DNA of 64,000 bases. It comes from Candidatus Bathyarchaeia archaeon (lineage in GTDB: Archaea > Thermoproteota > Bathyarchaeia > Bathyarchaeales > Bathycorpusculaceae). Of this stretch, positions 30,612 through 43,721 are shown one piece after another. The DNA lies in NCBI GenBank assembly GCA_049521795.1, contig JBEKOM010000010.1, positions 1 through 64,000 on the forward strand, in the 5' to 3' direction. Made by a program: the position numbers and the translations under genes. The notes under the pieces were generated by a model. It was given only the letters and a program-made list of their open reading frames with translations, did not search any database and was not told where the DNA came from. Each line of letters starts with the position of its first letter. Position 1 is the first letter of the stretch.

Positions 30612-30752
30612 ATGATGAAACCGAGAGAAGAAGAACCGATATGTGAGCGATGCGGTTATCCCATCAATGACTGCAAATGTGTTTGCCCATACTGCGGTAA
30701 ATCTTCTGGTTGCGATTGCGCCATTGGCCCTGACGCCGTAACTGGCGGTTAG
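30612..30752 (+). CDS. 46-aa Cys-rich peptide ending in Gly-Gly (below ORF-track cutoff)
   Basis: MMKPREEEPICERCGYPINDCKCVCPYCGKSSGCDCAIGPDAVTGG*; 8 Cys; TATA-like AAAAAGTTTAAT upstream. Confidence 0.8.
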   Translation: MMKPREEEPICERCGYPINDCKCVCPYCGKSSGCDCAIGPDAVTGG

Positions 30753-30792
30753 AAACCGAAGCTTTGTCCCGAGATAATCGTTTGGTGAGGGA

Positions 30793-33676
<2,884 letters not shown>

Positions 33677-34014
33677 GAGCAACTAGGAACTGACACTTCA
33701 TTCTCGTTCCTTCTTTGTTGCCAACTGCAAAATAACAACAACCTGCTATGAGACTATCCGTCTGGCGTCAGCAAGATGTCGTCCAGTCATCCAGTCGGCT
33801 CCTAACGCGCGTTGGCTTGTCCCTAAATTCGCAAAATGCGCGTAATTGAAAGCATATACATCTTGCATATACACTTTGTATATACAGTTGACGCACATTG
33901 AGGCTGTTCAGGTGCGCACGCACAATAAGGGGACAGGGCAGCGCTCTAATCCTGACGCAAGGTTGGAGTTTCGTTTCTATCAGGTGGCACGGTTTTCGGA
34001 CGGAAATGCGAAGA

Positions 34015-34653
34015 CTATTTGATCTTGAGAGGTCTGCAATAGAACTGGTTGAAGCCCGCAAGGAAGGAGGAACCGCTCTTGAGGCCCGTGTAACAGTGTT
34101 CTTCAATCGTTAAGTCATCGATCATGCGGTGTTTCTCGTAGGATTCTTGACTTTTCCATCCCATGAATCCGACGAATTCAGCGGGGTTGTAGTAATTGTA
34201 GAAAGTGCGGCAGAATTCCAGTCCTCTAACTGAGCGCAGATTCTTTGACGATTCACGTACCATTTTGTTCCAAGGGTCCAGTTTTTTCAAGGCCATTAGA
34301 CCATGGCAGATTACAACCATTTCAGGCTGGTTTTCGCCAGGCCTTGCGTAGGAGACTTCATCAATTTCCTTGCAGAAGATTTCAAAGTACAGTCCTGGCT
34401 GAAAGTAGGCTGCGCCAATCCTGTCGTCTCGTCTCACCTTCATGATGCTTTGAGCCGCATCGTTGTGAGCTTTCTCGCCAGTCCACTTGGTGTTACTCCA
34501 GATAATGTGCGGCTGCTGGATACACTGGTAAAAATCTCTCTCCAGCACGCCTATTTCTCGAGTGAACCTCTTCTCGGCTTCACGAAACCCGCTGACCTGC
34601 TTTTCAAGTTCACCCTCGGGCACGATGGCAGTGCAGATAGTAAACATGGGCAT
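34015..34653 (-). CDS. Tandem dimeric alpha-beta barrel (ABM-like) hypothetical protein
   Basis: Two similar halves with W..E.AH / W.S..SY..H patterns; start uncertain. Confidence 0.6.
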   Translation of the reverse strand: MPMFTICTAIVPEGELEKQVSGFREAEKRFTREIGVLERDFYQCIQQPHIIWSNTKWTGEKAHNDAAQSIMKVRRDDRIGAAYFQPGLYFEIFCKEIDEVSYARPGENQPEMVVICHGLMALKKLDPWNKMVRESSKNLRSVRGLEFCRTFYNYYNPAEFVGFMGWKSQESYEKHRMIDDLTIEEHCYTGLKSGSSFLAGFNQFYCRPLKIK

Positions 34654-34870
34654 ACGTTTCCCACCGACGTTTTTCAGTATTAGCGATCCATGCAAGATAA
34701 GAATTTTGCGTTTTTCTCTGTGAAGATGACAAGGATTCAGATTCCAAGGACTTGGACGGAAACATCGTGTCTTTCAGTCTCATGGAGACTAAGGACTTTG
34801 ATTTGCTACGTTGGCCTAGTCTAAAGGCTAATTCTTATATTACTTTCTGCGTGAATACGTTTTCAAAGAC

Positions 34871-36055
34871 TTGAAACAGGTTTGTCAGATGGCATCTAAT
34901 GGTTCTAGAAGAGTTGAGCTGATAAAGCCTTCAGCAATCCGCAGAATGCTTGAGCTTTCAGCCAAAGTAAAGAATGTGATTCATCTGGAGCAGGGCGAGC
35001 CGGATTTCGTAACTCCAGAGCACATATTGGATGCAGCTGTCCAGGCAGCAAAGAAGGGTTTCACGCATTACACGGAAATCGACGGAACAATGGAGCTGCG
35101 TGAAGCCATAGCCGAAAAGCTCGCAGGGGAAAACGGTATCGACGTTGACCCGAAAACAGAGGTCACGGTGACTTCTGGTTCTCAAGAAGCCATGTTTATC
35201 GCTGCCCTGGGTTTTCTGAACGCTAGTGATGAAGCCCTAATCCTCGACCCCTACTATCCAGCGTATTTCGAGGACACTCTACTGGCAGAAGCTTCGCCAA
35301 TTTCCGTGGAGCTTATCGAAAAAAAGGACTATGCAATAGACATTGGACTCTTGGAAAGCAAACTGACGAAGAAAACCAGAATGATCTGGATGTGCAACCC
35401 TTCAAACCCAACGGGACACGTGTTCTCAAGACAGGACCTTGAAATTATAGCTGAATTCGCCAAACAGCATGATTTGATCGTCTTCTCTGACGAAATATAC
35501 GAGAAAATCATCTACGATGATGCGGAACACATCAGCATAGGCTCGTTGCCAGGCATGGAAGACAGAACGGTAACAGTGAATGGTTTTTCAAAAGCATACG
35601 CCATGACAGGCTGGCGAATCGGATACGTAGCGGCTGAAAAGGGGCTGTCTGCCACCCTGCGCAAACTGCACTACTACGCAACGCTATGTCCAAATGCACT
35701 CTCGCAAAAGGCAGCGTTTGCTGCACTAGTGGGCCCTCAAGACTGTGTTCAAAGAATGGTTGAAGAGTACGACAGAAGAAGAAAATGCGTGTTCGATGAA
35801 CTTGGCAAGGTCAAGGCTGTATCGTGCACTCGGCCGAAGGGTGCATTCTATGTTTTTCCAGACTTTTCAAGCTTCGATGAGTCTGATGAGGCGCTCGCCT
35901 CGTATCTGTTGAAAGACGCTGCGGTGGCGACTGCACCGGGCTCAGGTTTCGGGAAAGCAGGAGAGAGTCATCTGAGAATATCCTACTCAGTCTCTTATGA
36001 GAAGGTTAAAGAGGGAATAAAAAACATCAGAGAAAGCTTAGAACGCAAAGTGTGA
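34871..36055 (+). CDS. PLP-dependent aminotransferase class I/II (aspartate aminotransferase-like)
   Basis: GEPDF; NPSNPTG; SDEIY; GFSKAYAMTGWRIG. Confidence 0.95.
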   Translation: MKQVCQMASNGSRRVELIKPSAIRRMLELSAKVKNVIHLEQGEPDFVTPEHILDAAVQAAKKGFTHYTEIDGTMELREAIAEKLAGENGIDVDPKTEVTVTSGSQEAMFIAALGFLNASDEALILDPYYPAYFEDTLLAEASPISVELIEKKDYAIDIGLLESKLTKKTRMIWMCNPSNPTGHVFSRQDLEIIAEFAKQHDLIVFSDEIYEKIIYDDAEHISIGSLPGMEDRTVTVNGFSKAYAMTGWRIGYVAAEKGLSATLRKLHYYATLCPNALSQKAAFAALVGPQDCVQRMVEEYDRRRKCVFDELGKVKAVSCTRPKGAFYVFPDFSSFDESDEALASYLLKDAAVATAPGSGFGKAGESHLRISYSVSYEKVKEGIKNIRESLERKV

Positions 36056-36325
36056 GCGCGCGCAAGGGCTAGTGCACTTGATAACGTGCTGATATCAGCC
36101 TTACATTCTCCAGCCATTAACGATGGATGTCTAGAATACGGCTCAGCGTTCGCACATTTTCGCGCTAGCATGTCGTTTTTTGCATTCAGAGAGCGTTGAG
36201 ATCATTACTCGGGATATCCGGCTGGAGGGAAAGAACCTCGGAGTTGGTCGAAAGGCTCCGTCAGGCGGATAGACAGAGAGAGACGACGCGTATTTATTAG
36301 TGGAAAAGTCTATTTCTTTATTGTT

Positions 36326-37231
36326 ATGTCGTCGGCCGACGTCGCGGTAAGAGTCTTTCGTGAACTGCAGAGCGAAGACCTTCGAGTGTTACAGGCAATA
36401 GAGACTGTGATGAGTCAACACGAGTTCGCGCCGAAAGAGCAGATCGCAAGGTTCACAGGGTATGATTTGGCCCGAGACACAGACTTCAGGCTAACTCGAA
36501 TCCACAAGCTGGGTCTAATCTATCAGAAGCGCGGTGCCTATGTGGGCTATACGCTGAATTACGCAGGATACGATTGCCTAGCGATAAACGCCTTGGTCAA
36601 AGCAGGAGTGCTTGAGGCGTTCGGCAAGCCGTTGGGCGTGGGCAAGGAAGCCGATGTTTATGACGCTTTGGACCCTAAAGGCAAGCGAATAGCCGTCAAA
36701 TTCCACAGACTGGGAAGGATCAGTTTTCGACAGACAACACGCAAGAGAAGCTACACGACTGAGCGCAGTGCAGGATGGCTTTATGAGTCACGAATCGCCG
36801 CGGAAAGGGAATTCCAGGCTCTTAGACTTCTTTTTCCCTGCGGCGTAGCTGTGCCGGAACCGTTGGATCAGAGCCGTCACGTCGTGGTCATGGGGATGAT
36901 TGAGGGTGCGGAACTCGGTAATTGGAAAAGGTTGGCCAAGCCCGATAGAATTCTTCGAGAAATTCTGCGCAATGTCCGGAAAGCCTTCTTGAAGGCAGGC
37001 ATCATTCATGCTGACCTGAGCGAGTACAACATCATCCTGAAACCCGACAAGCACATCTTGATAATTGATTGGCCACAGTACGTTAAGAGGGATCACCCTA
37101 ACGCCGACGAGTTGCTGAAACGCGACGTCCAGAACGTTCTGCAGTATTTTGAACGCAAGCATCGGCTAAGTGTGAAAATTGAAGAATGCTTGAGTTATGT
37201 TACTGGAGAGAGCAGGACCATTATCTTGTAG
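36326..37231 (+). CDS. rio2: RIO2 kinase
   Basis: N-terminal wHTH; GVGKEADVY; VKFHRLGRISF; IHADLSEYNI; IDWPQ. Confidence 0.93.
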   Translation: MSSADVAVRVFRELQSEDLRVLQAIETVMSQHEFAPKEQIARFTGYDLARDTDFRLTRIHKLGLIYQKRGAYVGYTLNYAGYDCLAINALVKAGVLEAFGKPLGVGKEADVYDALDPKGKRIAVKFHRLGRISFRQTTRKRSYTTERSAGWLYESRIAAEREFQALRLLFPCGVAVPEPLDQSRHVVVMGMIEGAELGNWKRLAKPDRILREILRNVRKAFLKAGIIHADLSEYNIILKPDKHILIIDWPQYVKRDHPNADELLKRDVQNVLQYFERKHRLSVKIEECLSYVTGESRTIIL

Positions 37232-37460
37232 GAACGTCAAGCATTATGTAGAGAACGTTGTTGCCGCGCAGCAGGACGCTTCCATAGTTCGTGATCAGCT
37301 GGTCGTCCTTGGACTCGGTGGCTCCTTCCAACAGAATGTTCATGTGGCCATCGCACTTGATCATCTTGCCCTTGTACTCGCCGCCGTTCTTCAGTACGAC
37401 TGCGATTCCTGCGTTCAGCTGCTTGATAAGGACGTTTAGCGGTTTCTTGCTGGGTTCCAT
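37221..37460 (-). CDS. Sm-like (Lsm) protein
   Basis: KPLNVL; VVLKNG..YKGKM..CDGHMNILL; GSVLLRGNNV. Confidence 0.92.
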   Translation of the reverse strand: MEPSKKPLNVLIKQLNAGIAVVLKNGGEYKGKMIKCDGHMNILLEGATESKDDQLITNYGSVLLRGNNVLYIMLDVPTR

Positions 37461-37713
37461 TTGAGCACCTTGGTTTCTGAACGTAATCACACATAAGCTC
37501 AAGTCATCACGTATAAAAGCCTTATGAAAGGCAACCTCGCAACCTCAAGACGCGTAACTGTTGCGAACAGAGTTGAAGCGGTGCTGTATAAACCGAAAAT
37601 AACCCTCACGTGCTATCGACGTTTTCACCGTCCATTCGCGATCGCAAGCCACAGGAAAATCTGGTTTTCTCTGGAATAAAGACTTAAGGGACTTTCCACA
37701 TGGTAGGAAATGA

Positions 37714-38667
37714 TTGAAAATGAAGATAGTCGTCTTAGACCATGTTTACTTGGAAGAGAGGCATGTCGAGAGACTGCGGTCGCTCGGCGACTTGAAAGTT
37801 TTTGAAGATCCGCCTAAGACAAGTGAAGAATTGAAGGAGAGAATTAGAGAAGCACAAGTGGTCATAGTTGGGTGGAGCAACCTGACCAGAAGTATCATGG
37901 ATTCGGCTGAGAATCTGCGAATGATTTCGATATGGGCCACAACCTGCCACTACGTTGACCTTGAAGCGGCAAGAGAAAGAGGAATCGTGGTTACTCATGT
38001 TCCGGGTTACGCTACGGAAGCCGTCGCAGAGTACACATTCGCTTTATTGCTCGCGGCAGTCAGAAGGGTGACGCTTGCCGACAAACATGTTCGAGATGGA
38101 AAGTTTGACTGGAGGCCCTTCACGGGCAGCGAACTAGCCGAGAAGACTCTAGGGGTCATCGGCACAGGAGCCATCGGGTGTCGAGTGGCCGAGATAGGTC
38201 GAGCCTTCAGGATGCGTGTGCTGGGCTTCGACAAGTATCCTAACACGAAGAGGGCTGAAGAGGTTGGCTTGAAGTATGTTACTCTAGAAACGTTGCTGCA
38301 GGAAAGCGACGTAGTGACTTTGCACGTCACCTTAACCCCAGAAACGGAGAAACTTCTCGGGAAGAAGGAGATCGCTGCCATGAAACGAGGTGCTGTGATC
38401 GTTAACACTTCTCAGGGAAAGGTCATAGATCAGGAATCGCTGGTTGACGCTTTGAAATCTGGAAAACTGTCCTACGCCGGGTTGGACGTCTTCGCGGATG
38501 AGCCTCCGGCCAAGAATAATCCGCTTTTCAAGCTTGGCAACACGGTGCTTTCGCCTCACATCGGGTTCAACACTGTCGAAGCAGAGGCAAGGTGCACAGA
38601 TATATGCATCGACAACGTTGCAAAGTTTCTCGAAGGGAAACCGCAAAACGTTTGCCAGAGGACCTGA
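37714..38667 (+). CDS. D-2-hydroxyacid dehydrogenase family
   Basis: GVIGTGAIG; GLDVFADEP; LSPHIG; NTSQG in place of the usual NTARG. Confidence 0.92.
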   Translation: MKMKIVVLDHVYLEERHVERLRSLGDLKVFEDPPKTSEELKERIREAQVVIVGWSNLTRSIMDSAENLRMISIWATTCHYVDLEAARERGIVVTHVPGYATEAVAEYTFALLLAAVRRVTLADKHVRDGKFDWRPFTGSELAEKTLGVIGTGAIGCRVAEIGRAFRMRVLGFDKYPNTKRAEEVGLKYVTLETLLQESDVVTLHVTLTPETEKLLGKKEIAAMKRGAVIVNTSQGKVIDQESLVDALKSGKLSYAGLDVFADEPPAKNNPLFKLGNTVLSPHIGFNTVEAEARCTDICIDNVAKFLEGKPQNVCQRT

Positions 38668-38689
38668 GCTTGTTTCAAGGTGAACTGCC

Positions 38690-39898
38690 ATGCATCTGAC
38701 TAGAGAAGAAGAGCAAATACTCAAAGGAGAACGGGGTGAAGGGGCTCAGAAAGCAATTGAATTGCTCGTGGCAATAGGAGAAGCGTACGACGCAAAAAGA
38801 ATGATTCCCGTGAGTCGGGCGCACGCTGCTTCAAGCGGCCAGGAGGGAGACTTGTACTTCGTGGAACTCTTGGCTGATGGAGGGGCAAAATGCGTTGTGC
38901 CCACGAGCACGAACCCAGTTTATGACATCGGCTATTTTCACGGCTTTTTTGATAACATTCCGAAGGATGAAGCTGATGTTGCTCGGAGAGTGATGGAAGC
39001 TTACAAGCGGGTAGGCGCCATGCTGACTTGGAGTTGCGTGCCCTACCTTTCGGAGAACATACCGCTGTACGGCGAGACAGTTGCGTTCTCTGAATCGAGC
39101 GCTACGCCGTACGTTAATTCTGTCATCGGCGCAAGGACTAACCGCGAAGCAGCTCAGAGTGCCCTAGCATCTGGAGTCGTAGGCAAGACGCCTGAATACG
39201 GTCTGCACATAAAGGAGAATCGTAGGGGTACTGCTCTCGTGGACGTTGAAGCTTCTCTGAAAGACGAGTTTGATTACAGTCTCCTAGGCTACTATGTCGG
39301 CAGGGCGTTAGGCTACGGAATCCCCGTGTTGACTGGAATAACCAAAGGTCCGAGCACGGAGGAATTGATCAACTTCTGCGCCATGTCTAACACTTCAGGC
39401 GCCATACCCATGTTCTACATTCCAGGACATACGGTCGAGGCTTCAACGGTTCAGGAAGCCTTCCAAGGTGATGTTCCAGGAGACAAAGTCGCTGTCACAG
39501 ACGTTGACCTCAAGAAAGTTAATGAAGAACTTCAAACAGCAATTGGAAGAATCGATTTCGTCCAGCTCGGATGTCCGCACTACACTCTTAAACAGCTTGG
39601 TCAGGTCGCGGGACTCTTGAGTGGAAGAAAACTGCACAAAGGCATGTCCTTTTGGATTTGTGCCTCGGCCATGACGAAGATGTTGGCCGACAGAGCTGGG
39701 TATACACGAACTATAGAGAAGGCGGGCGGACATGTTGTGGCAGACACGTGCATAGATGAGCCTTGCTGGGTCTCGTACAAAGACAAAGTCGGCGTGACGG
39801 ACTCGCCTAAGTGCGCCTACTATCGTCGATTCAAGGACGTGAAAGTGATGAGACTTAGCGACTGTGTCAACGTTGCGGTCGAGGGCAGGTCGAGGTGA
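38690..39898 (+). CDS. Aconitase X large subunit
   Basis: SCVPY; ESSA..YVNSVIGARTNRE; LGCPH; DTC; DSPK.AYY. Confidence 0.9.
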   Translation: MHLTREEEQILKGERGEGAQKAIELLVAIGEAYDAKRMIPVSRAHAASSGQEGDLYFVELLADGGAKCVVPTSTNPVYDIGYFHGFFDNIPKDEADVARRVMEAYKRVGAMLTWSCVPYLSENIPLYGETVAFSESSATPYVNSVIGARTNREAAQSALASGVVGKTPEYGLHIKENRRGTALVDVEASLKDEFDYSLLGYYVGRALGYGIPVLTGITKGPSTEELINFCAMSNTSGAIPMFYIPGHTVEASTVQEAFQGDVPGDKVAVTDVDLKKVNEELQTAIGRIDFVQLGCPHYTLKQLGQVAGLLSGRKLHKGMSFWICASAMTKMLADRAGYTRTIEKAGGHVVADTCIDEPCWVSYKDKVGVTDSPKCAYYRRFKDVKVMRLSDCVNVAVEGRSR

Positions 39899-40320
39899 AA
39901 GCGTTGGAGACTTCTTTGAAATGCCACAAGATCGTAGGCGGACGCGGAGAAGGCGAGGCTCTCGTGTCTCATGAGCCGATCTGCTTCTACCTTACTGACC
40001 CCAAAACTGGCGTTGTAAGGGAGAAGACGCATGAGCTGGCCGGAAAGAACATTGCGAACAGAGTGCTCGTTTTTCCATCTGGCAAAGCGAGCTCCGTGGT
40101 TCAGATAGACGGTCTGTTCAAGCTTGCGTCACACGGCCTCGCTCCGAAGGCGATGATAGTGAAAGACGTTGAAACGGTTCTCATAGTCAGCGCGTTCATA
40201 GCAAAGGTGCCCCTAGTTGACAAATTGGAAAGGGACCCGTTCGGCATCATTCGCAACGGCGACTATGTCACGGTAGACGCGGACAAAGGAATGGTCACAA
40301 TCGCAAGCCGCAAAGGTTAG
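39895..40320 (+). CDS. Aconitase X small (swivel) subunit, DUF126
   Basis: GEGEALVS; DPKTG; HEL.G; GKASS. Confidence 0.9.
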   Translation: MKALETSLKCHKIVGGRGEGEALVSHEPICFYLTDPKTGVVREKTHELAGKNIANRVLVFPSGKASSVVQIDGLFKLASHGLAPKAMIVKDVETVLIVSAFIAKVPLVDKLERDPFGIIRNGDYVTVDADKGMVTIASRKG

Positions 40321-41438
40321 TGGCGCTCATGAAGGAAGAACCTCGGGTTGTCGTGGTGGGAGCTGGAGCGATCGGGTCAACAATCGCTGGCTGGATTGCG
40401 CCCAAGTATGGGAACTTGTCTTTGCTGGCACGAGGCGAGACGCTCGAGGTCATCAAGAATCGCGGGCTGAAGTCTTACTTGAAAGGGGAAAGATCCGCTG
40501 CAACAGCGTTGCCTGTGCACGCTATTGCGTCGTTGAGCGAAATCGAACTGCCTGATATCATCGTGGTCACTGTTAAGAATTACGACCTTGAAATGACCTG
40601 CCGCGAATTGAGGGCACAGCTTGGAGATCATGAACCCGTCGTCGTGGCTTTGGAGAACGGCGTCCTGAACCAGCAGGTTCTGCCCAAATACTTTGCCAGA
40701 GTGGTCTATGGCGTTGTCTGTTACAACGCTTGGCGGGACGGTCCGGGAGAGGTGGGCCACGAGCCTCGTGGGTACGTCATTCTGGGAACGCCTGCAAATG
40801 ACCTGCAAGAGGAGACGCAAGCGGTTGCGAGGGTCTTTGCGTTGGGCTTGGACTGCGTGACGACGAATCGTTTGCAAGATGCGGTTCACTGTAAGTTGGT
40901 GATCAACCTTGCGAATGCTTTGATGACCCTTGTTGGGTTTCAGAGGCGACCTATCAAATCTTTCAATCTGTTAGCCCATATCACGTTGAAGCTTTTCTGG
41001 GAAGGTATTCAGCTTCTTCAAGCAGCCGGGTACCATGAACATTCACTAGGGCGGACTTCTTCGTGGAGGTCGATCAGAATTGGGGCCGCGCTGCCAGCCT
41101 TCATGACCGGTGCCGTCTTTAAGGTCAACACAAAAAATCTCGGTTTGAATAGCATGGCTCAAGACGTTTTCGGCGGCAGGACTGACACAGAATTGGGAAT
41201 GCTCAACGGCTACATGCTGAGCCTCGCTAGGCGAGTGGGATTCTGCACTCCGATTAACGAAACGATTTACGAGGTCGCGAAAGAACGCTTCCGCCCAGAT
41301 TTCCAGCCCATCTCCGAACAGGAGTTGTGGGGTACGATTAAGCAAAGAGTGCGAGAGATGAAATCAATGGACAATACAAAGTGCAGCGCGCCAGTGCTGC
41401 TGGAACAAAGAGGAAATTCTGATCCAATCAATCTATGA
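40320..41438 (+). CDS. Ketopantoate reductase family
   Basis: GAGAIG; VTVK; LENG; KLVIN; SMAQD...TE...NG. Confidence 0.88.
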   Translation: MALMKEEPRVVVVGAGAIGSTIAGWIAPKYGNLSLLARGETLEVIKNRGLKSYLKGERSAATALPVHAIASLSEIELPDIIVVTVKNYDLEMTCRELRAQLGDHEPVVVALENGVLNQQVLPKYFARVVYGVVCYNAWRDGPGEVGHEPRGYVILGTPANDLQEETQAVARVFALGLDCVTTNRLQDAVHCKLVINLANALMTLVGFQRRPIKSFNLLAHITLKLFWEGIQLLQAAGYHEHSLGRTSSWRSIRIGAALPAFMTGAVFKVNTKNLGLNSMAQDVFGGRTDTELGMLNGYMLSLARRVGFCTPINETIYEVAKERFRPDFQPISEQELWGTIKQRVREMKSMDNTKCSAPVLLEQRGNSDPINL

Positions 41439-41485
41439 TCGCATTAAATATTAAATGCGAATTTCCTATCAGGTACTGAGGGATC

Positions 41486-41746
41486 ATTTCGTTCTACGGT
41501 GAGATACTTGGCCTTGTTGGAGGCGCCTTGACGACTTTTGGTTATGTCCCTCAATTTGTTCGCATTCTGAAGCTGAAAAGCGCTCGTGAAATCAGTCTTC
41601 CCTTCACGCTATCATTCCTCGCAGGCGTGACATGCTGGCTGGCCTACGGAGTGCTGTCGAGTTTAATGCCGGTCATCTTATGGAATGGAACAGGAATCGT
41701 TTTCCTGTGTTTGCTCTTGTATGGAAAGCTAAAATACGGAAGATAG
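41486..41746 (+). CDS. SemiSWEET/PQ-loop transporter
   Basis: ILGLVGGALTTFGYVPQ..RILKLKSAREIS; WLAYG; start codon probably non-canonical. Confidence 0.85.
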   Translation: MSFYGEILGLVGGALTTFGYVPQFVRILKLKSAREISLPFTLSFLAGVTCWLAYGVLSSLMPVILWNGTGIVFLCLLLYGKLKYGR

Positions 41747-41793
41747 CCGCTGATTATCCAGAGCAGTGCCGGAAAACCTTGGCGCCTCTGGCT

Positions 41794-42770
41794 TTAACTT
41801 GCCTCTGACACGTTTTCCATTACGTCTGCGATTATCAGATAGAAGGCTACCAGTCCTTTCCATTTTCCCCATTTCTCGGAAACTTTGCGAGCTTCTGTGC
41901 CTGAGATTTTTCTGTCGCCACAGTAGTGATGGGAAATGATTCTTCTCAAGCCCAGGTCATCAGCGGGGACAACGTCAAGCTTGCGCATTCCTCTGGCTAT
42001 GGTGAGTTCAGCCGTCCAGACTCCTATTCCGCGTATCTTGTCGAGTTCGCCCATGATCTCTTGGACATCATCGCAGCGTTTGAAACCCTCCAAGTCCAGC
42101 TTCCCATCAACAACCATCTTGGAAACCTCTTTGATGTACTCCGCTTTCTTCCCAGACAAGCCGCATCTGCGTAGCTGTTCAAGCGTAGCGGAAGCCAACT
42201 CCCGTGGCACTGGATAAGCATAGTACACTTCACCATCCAGTCTGAGAGCCTTCCCAAAGGTTTTGATCAGCTTTCTCTCCAGTCCATGTGCCACATTCAG
42301 TGAGATCTGTTGTTCAGTGATCGAGTCGATCAGAGCTTCGAAGACAGTGGGGGTTGTAGGGATTTTTAGCCCTCTCAACCTCTGAATGATCTCCGTAAGG
42401 ATTCTGTCTTTCTTGGCGTGTTCATAGAAGGGTTTAAGGTCCAAATCAAGGCTCAGAATAGCACTGACTGTTTGTTTGGCTTTTTCTTTTTCTGCCTCGG
42501 ACAGTTTGTGATCCGACCTTAATTCAACTGATATTTTCGGGTCATCTACGGTTCCCAAAGCTTTCATCGTGACAAGAACCAGAGTATCGCCGAGTCGGAC
42601 AACTTGCCAATATTTTCCGTCTTGATACTTGCGAATACTTCTGTCACCATTAGAGAAGATCATGACACTCAGGTTGAAATCAAAGGGAGGCACGCATCTT
42701 AGGATCAACGTTTCCGTGTTGGTCAAGAGGGTTCCCCTGCATAGGCTTTCCTTTTCATGTTTCATGCTAA
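41794..42770 (-). CDS. alkA: DNA-3-methyladenine glycosylase II (AlkA-like)
   Basis: FEALIDSITEQQIS; HhH motif IRGIGVWTAE; PADDLG; start uncertain. Confidence 0.88.
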
Positions 42771-42837
42771 AAAGACTTGGCAGACACATAGAACAATGCA
42801 CAAGGCAAAAATCAGGGACTAACTAAACTAGTCAGTT

Positions 42838-43668
42838 ATGACGCCTGATTACCGCATAGTGTTTCTTGGGACCGGCGGCGGCCGATTTGTGACGATGACT
42901 CAGAGGCGACGCACCGCTGGGATTCGAATCATAGGTAAAGGACTGAATTTACACTTGGACCCCGGTCCCGGCGCACTTGTGCATTCGATAGAAGAAGGGC
43001 TCAACCCTCAACGTATCAACGCGGTGCTTGTTTCACATTGTCATCCAGACCATTACACCGATGCGGAGATGCTCATTGAGGCCATGACGAGGGGCATGAC
43101 CATAAGACGAGGCTTGCTTGCAGCGCCTAAGAGTGTCTTAGAAGGCAGCGACGCGTGTGAGGTTTCGATCTCCAAATATCATCAACAAATGGTTGGACAA
43201 AAAATCGTGGTCGCGCCAGGGCAAAAGTTCGCGTTCGGCGGCATCAACATCTCCACGACAGAGGCGAGACACACCGATCCTGACGCTGTTGGTTTCAGAT
43301 TTGAAACTGAGTTCGGAGACTTCGCCTATACAAGCGATACAGAATACTATGAGGGCATAGCCGGGTACTATCAAGGAGTGCGTCTTTTGGCTCTGTGCGT
43401 TATGAGGCCTTCAGGAAAACCTTGGAAGGGCCATATGTCCACGGAAGACGCGGTAAGAATTGTTGATGCAACTCATCCTGAGCAGGCTGTCCTAACGCAT
43501 CTTGGGATGAGCATGCTTCTTAGGGGACCCGAAAAAGAGGCGAGGCTGATTCAGGAGAAGACAGGTGTTCCCGCAGTCCCTGCGGTCGATGGCATGGTCG
43601 TTCTCTTCGGCGAAACGATCAAGATGGAGACAGGAAAAGGTCAGAAGGACCTGACAGGTTTCTTGTGA
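42838..43668 (+). CDS. MBL-fold metallo-hydrolase
   Basis: FLGTGGG; DPGPG; SHCHPDH; YTSDT; HM; LTH. Confidence 0.9.
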   Translation: MTPDYRIVFLGTGGGRFVTMTQRRRTAGIRIIGKGLNLHLDPGPGALVHSIEEGLNPQRINAVLVSHCHPDHYTDAEMLIEAMTRGMTIRRGLLAAPKSVLEGSDACEVSISKYHQQMVGQKIVVAPGQKFAFGGINISTTEARHTDPDAVGFRFETEFGDFAYTSDTEYYEGIAGYYQGVRLLALCVMRPSGKPWKGHMSTEDAVRIVDATHPEQAVLTHLGMSMLLRGPEKEARLIQEKTGVPAVPAVDGMVVLFGETIKMETGKGQKDLTGFL

Positions 43669-43721
43669 AGGATTTTTAACTCGCACCAATTCATAGTTAG
43701 ACCTGAAGGATGTTAGGTTTC

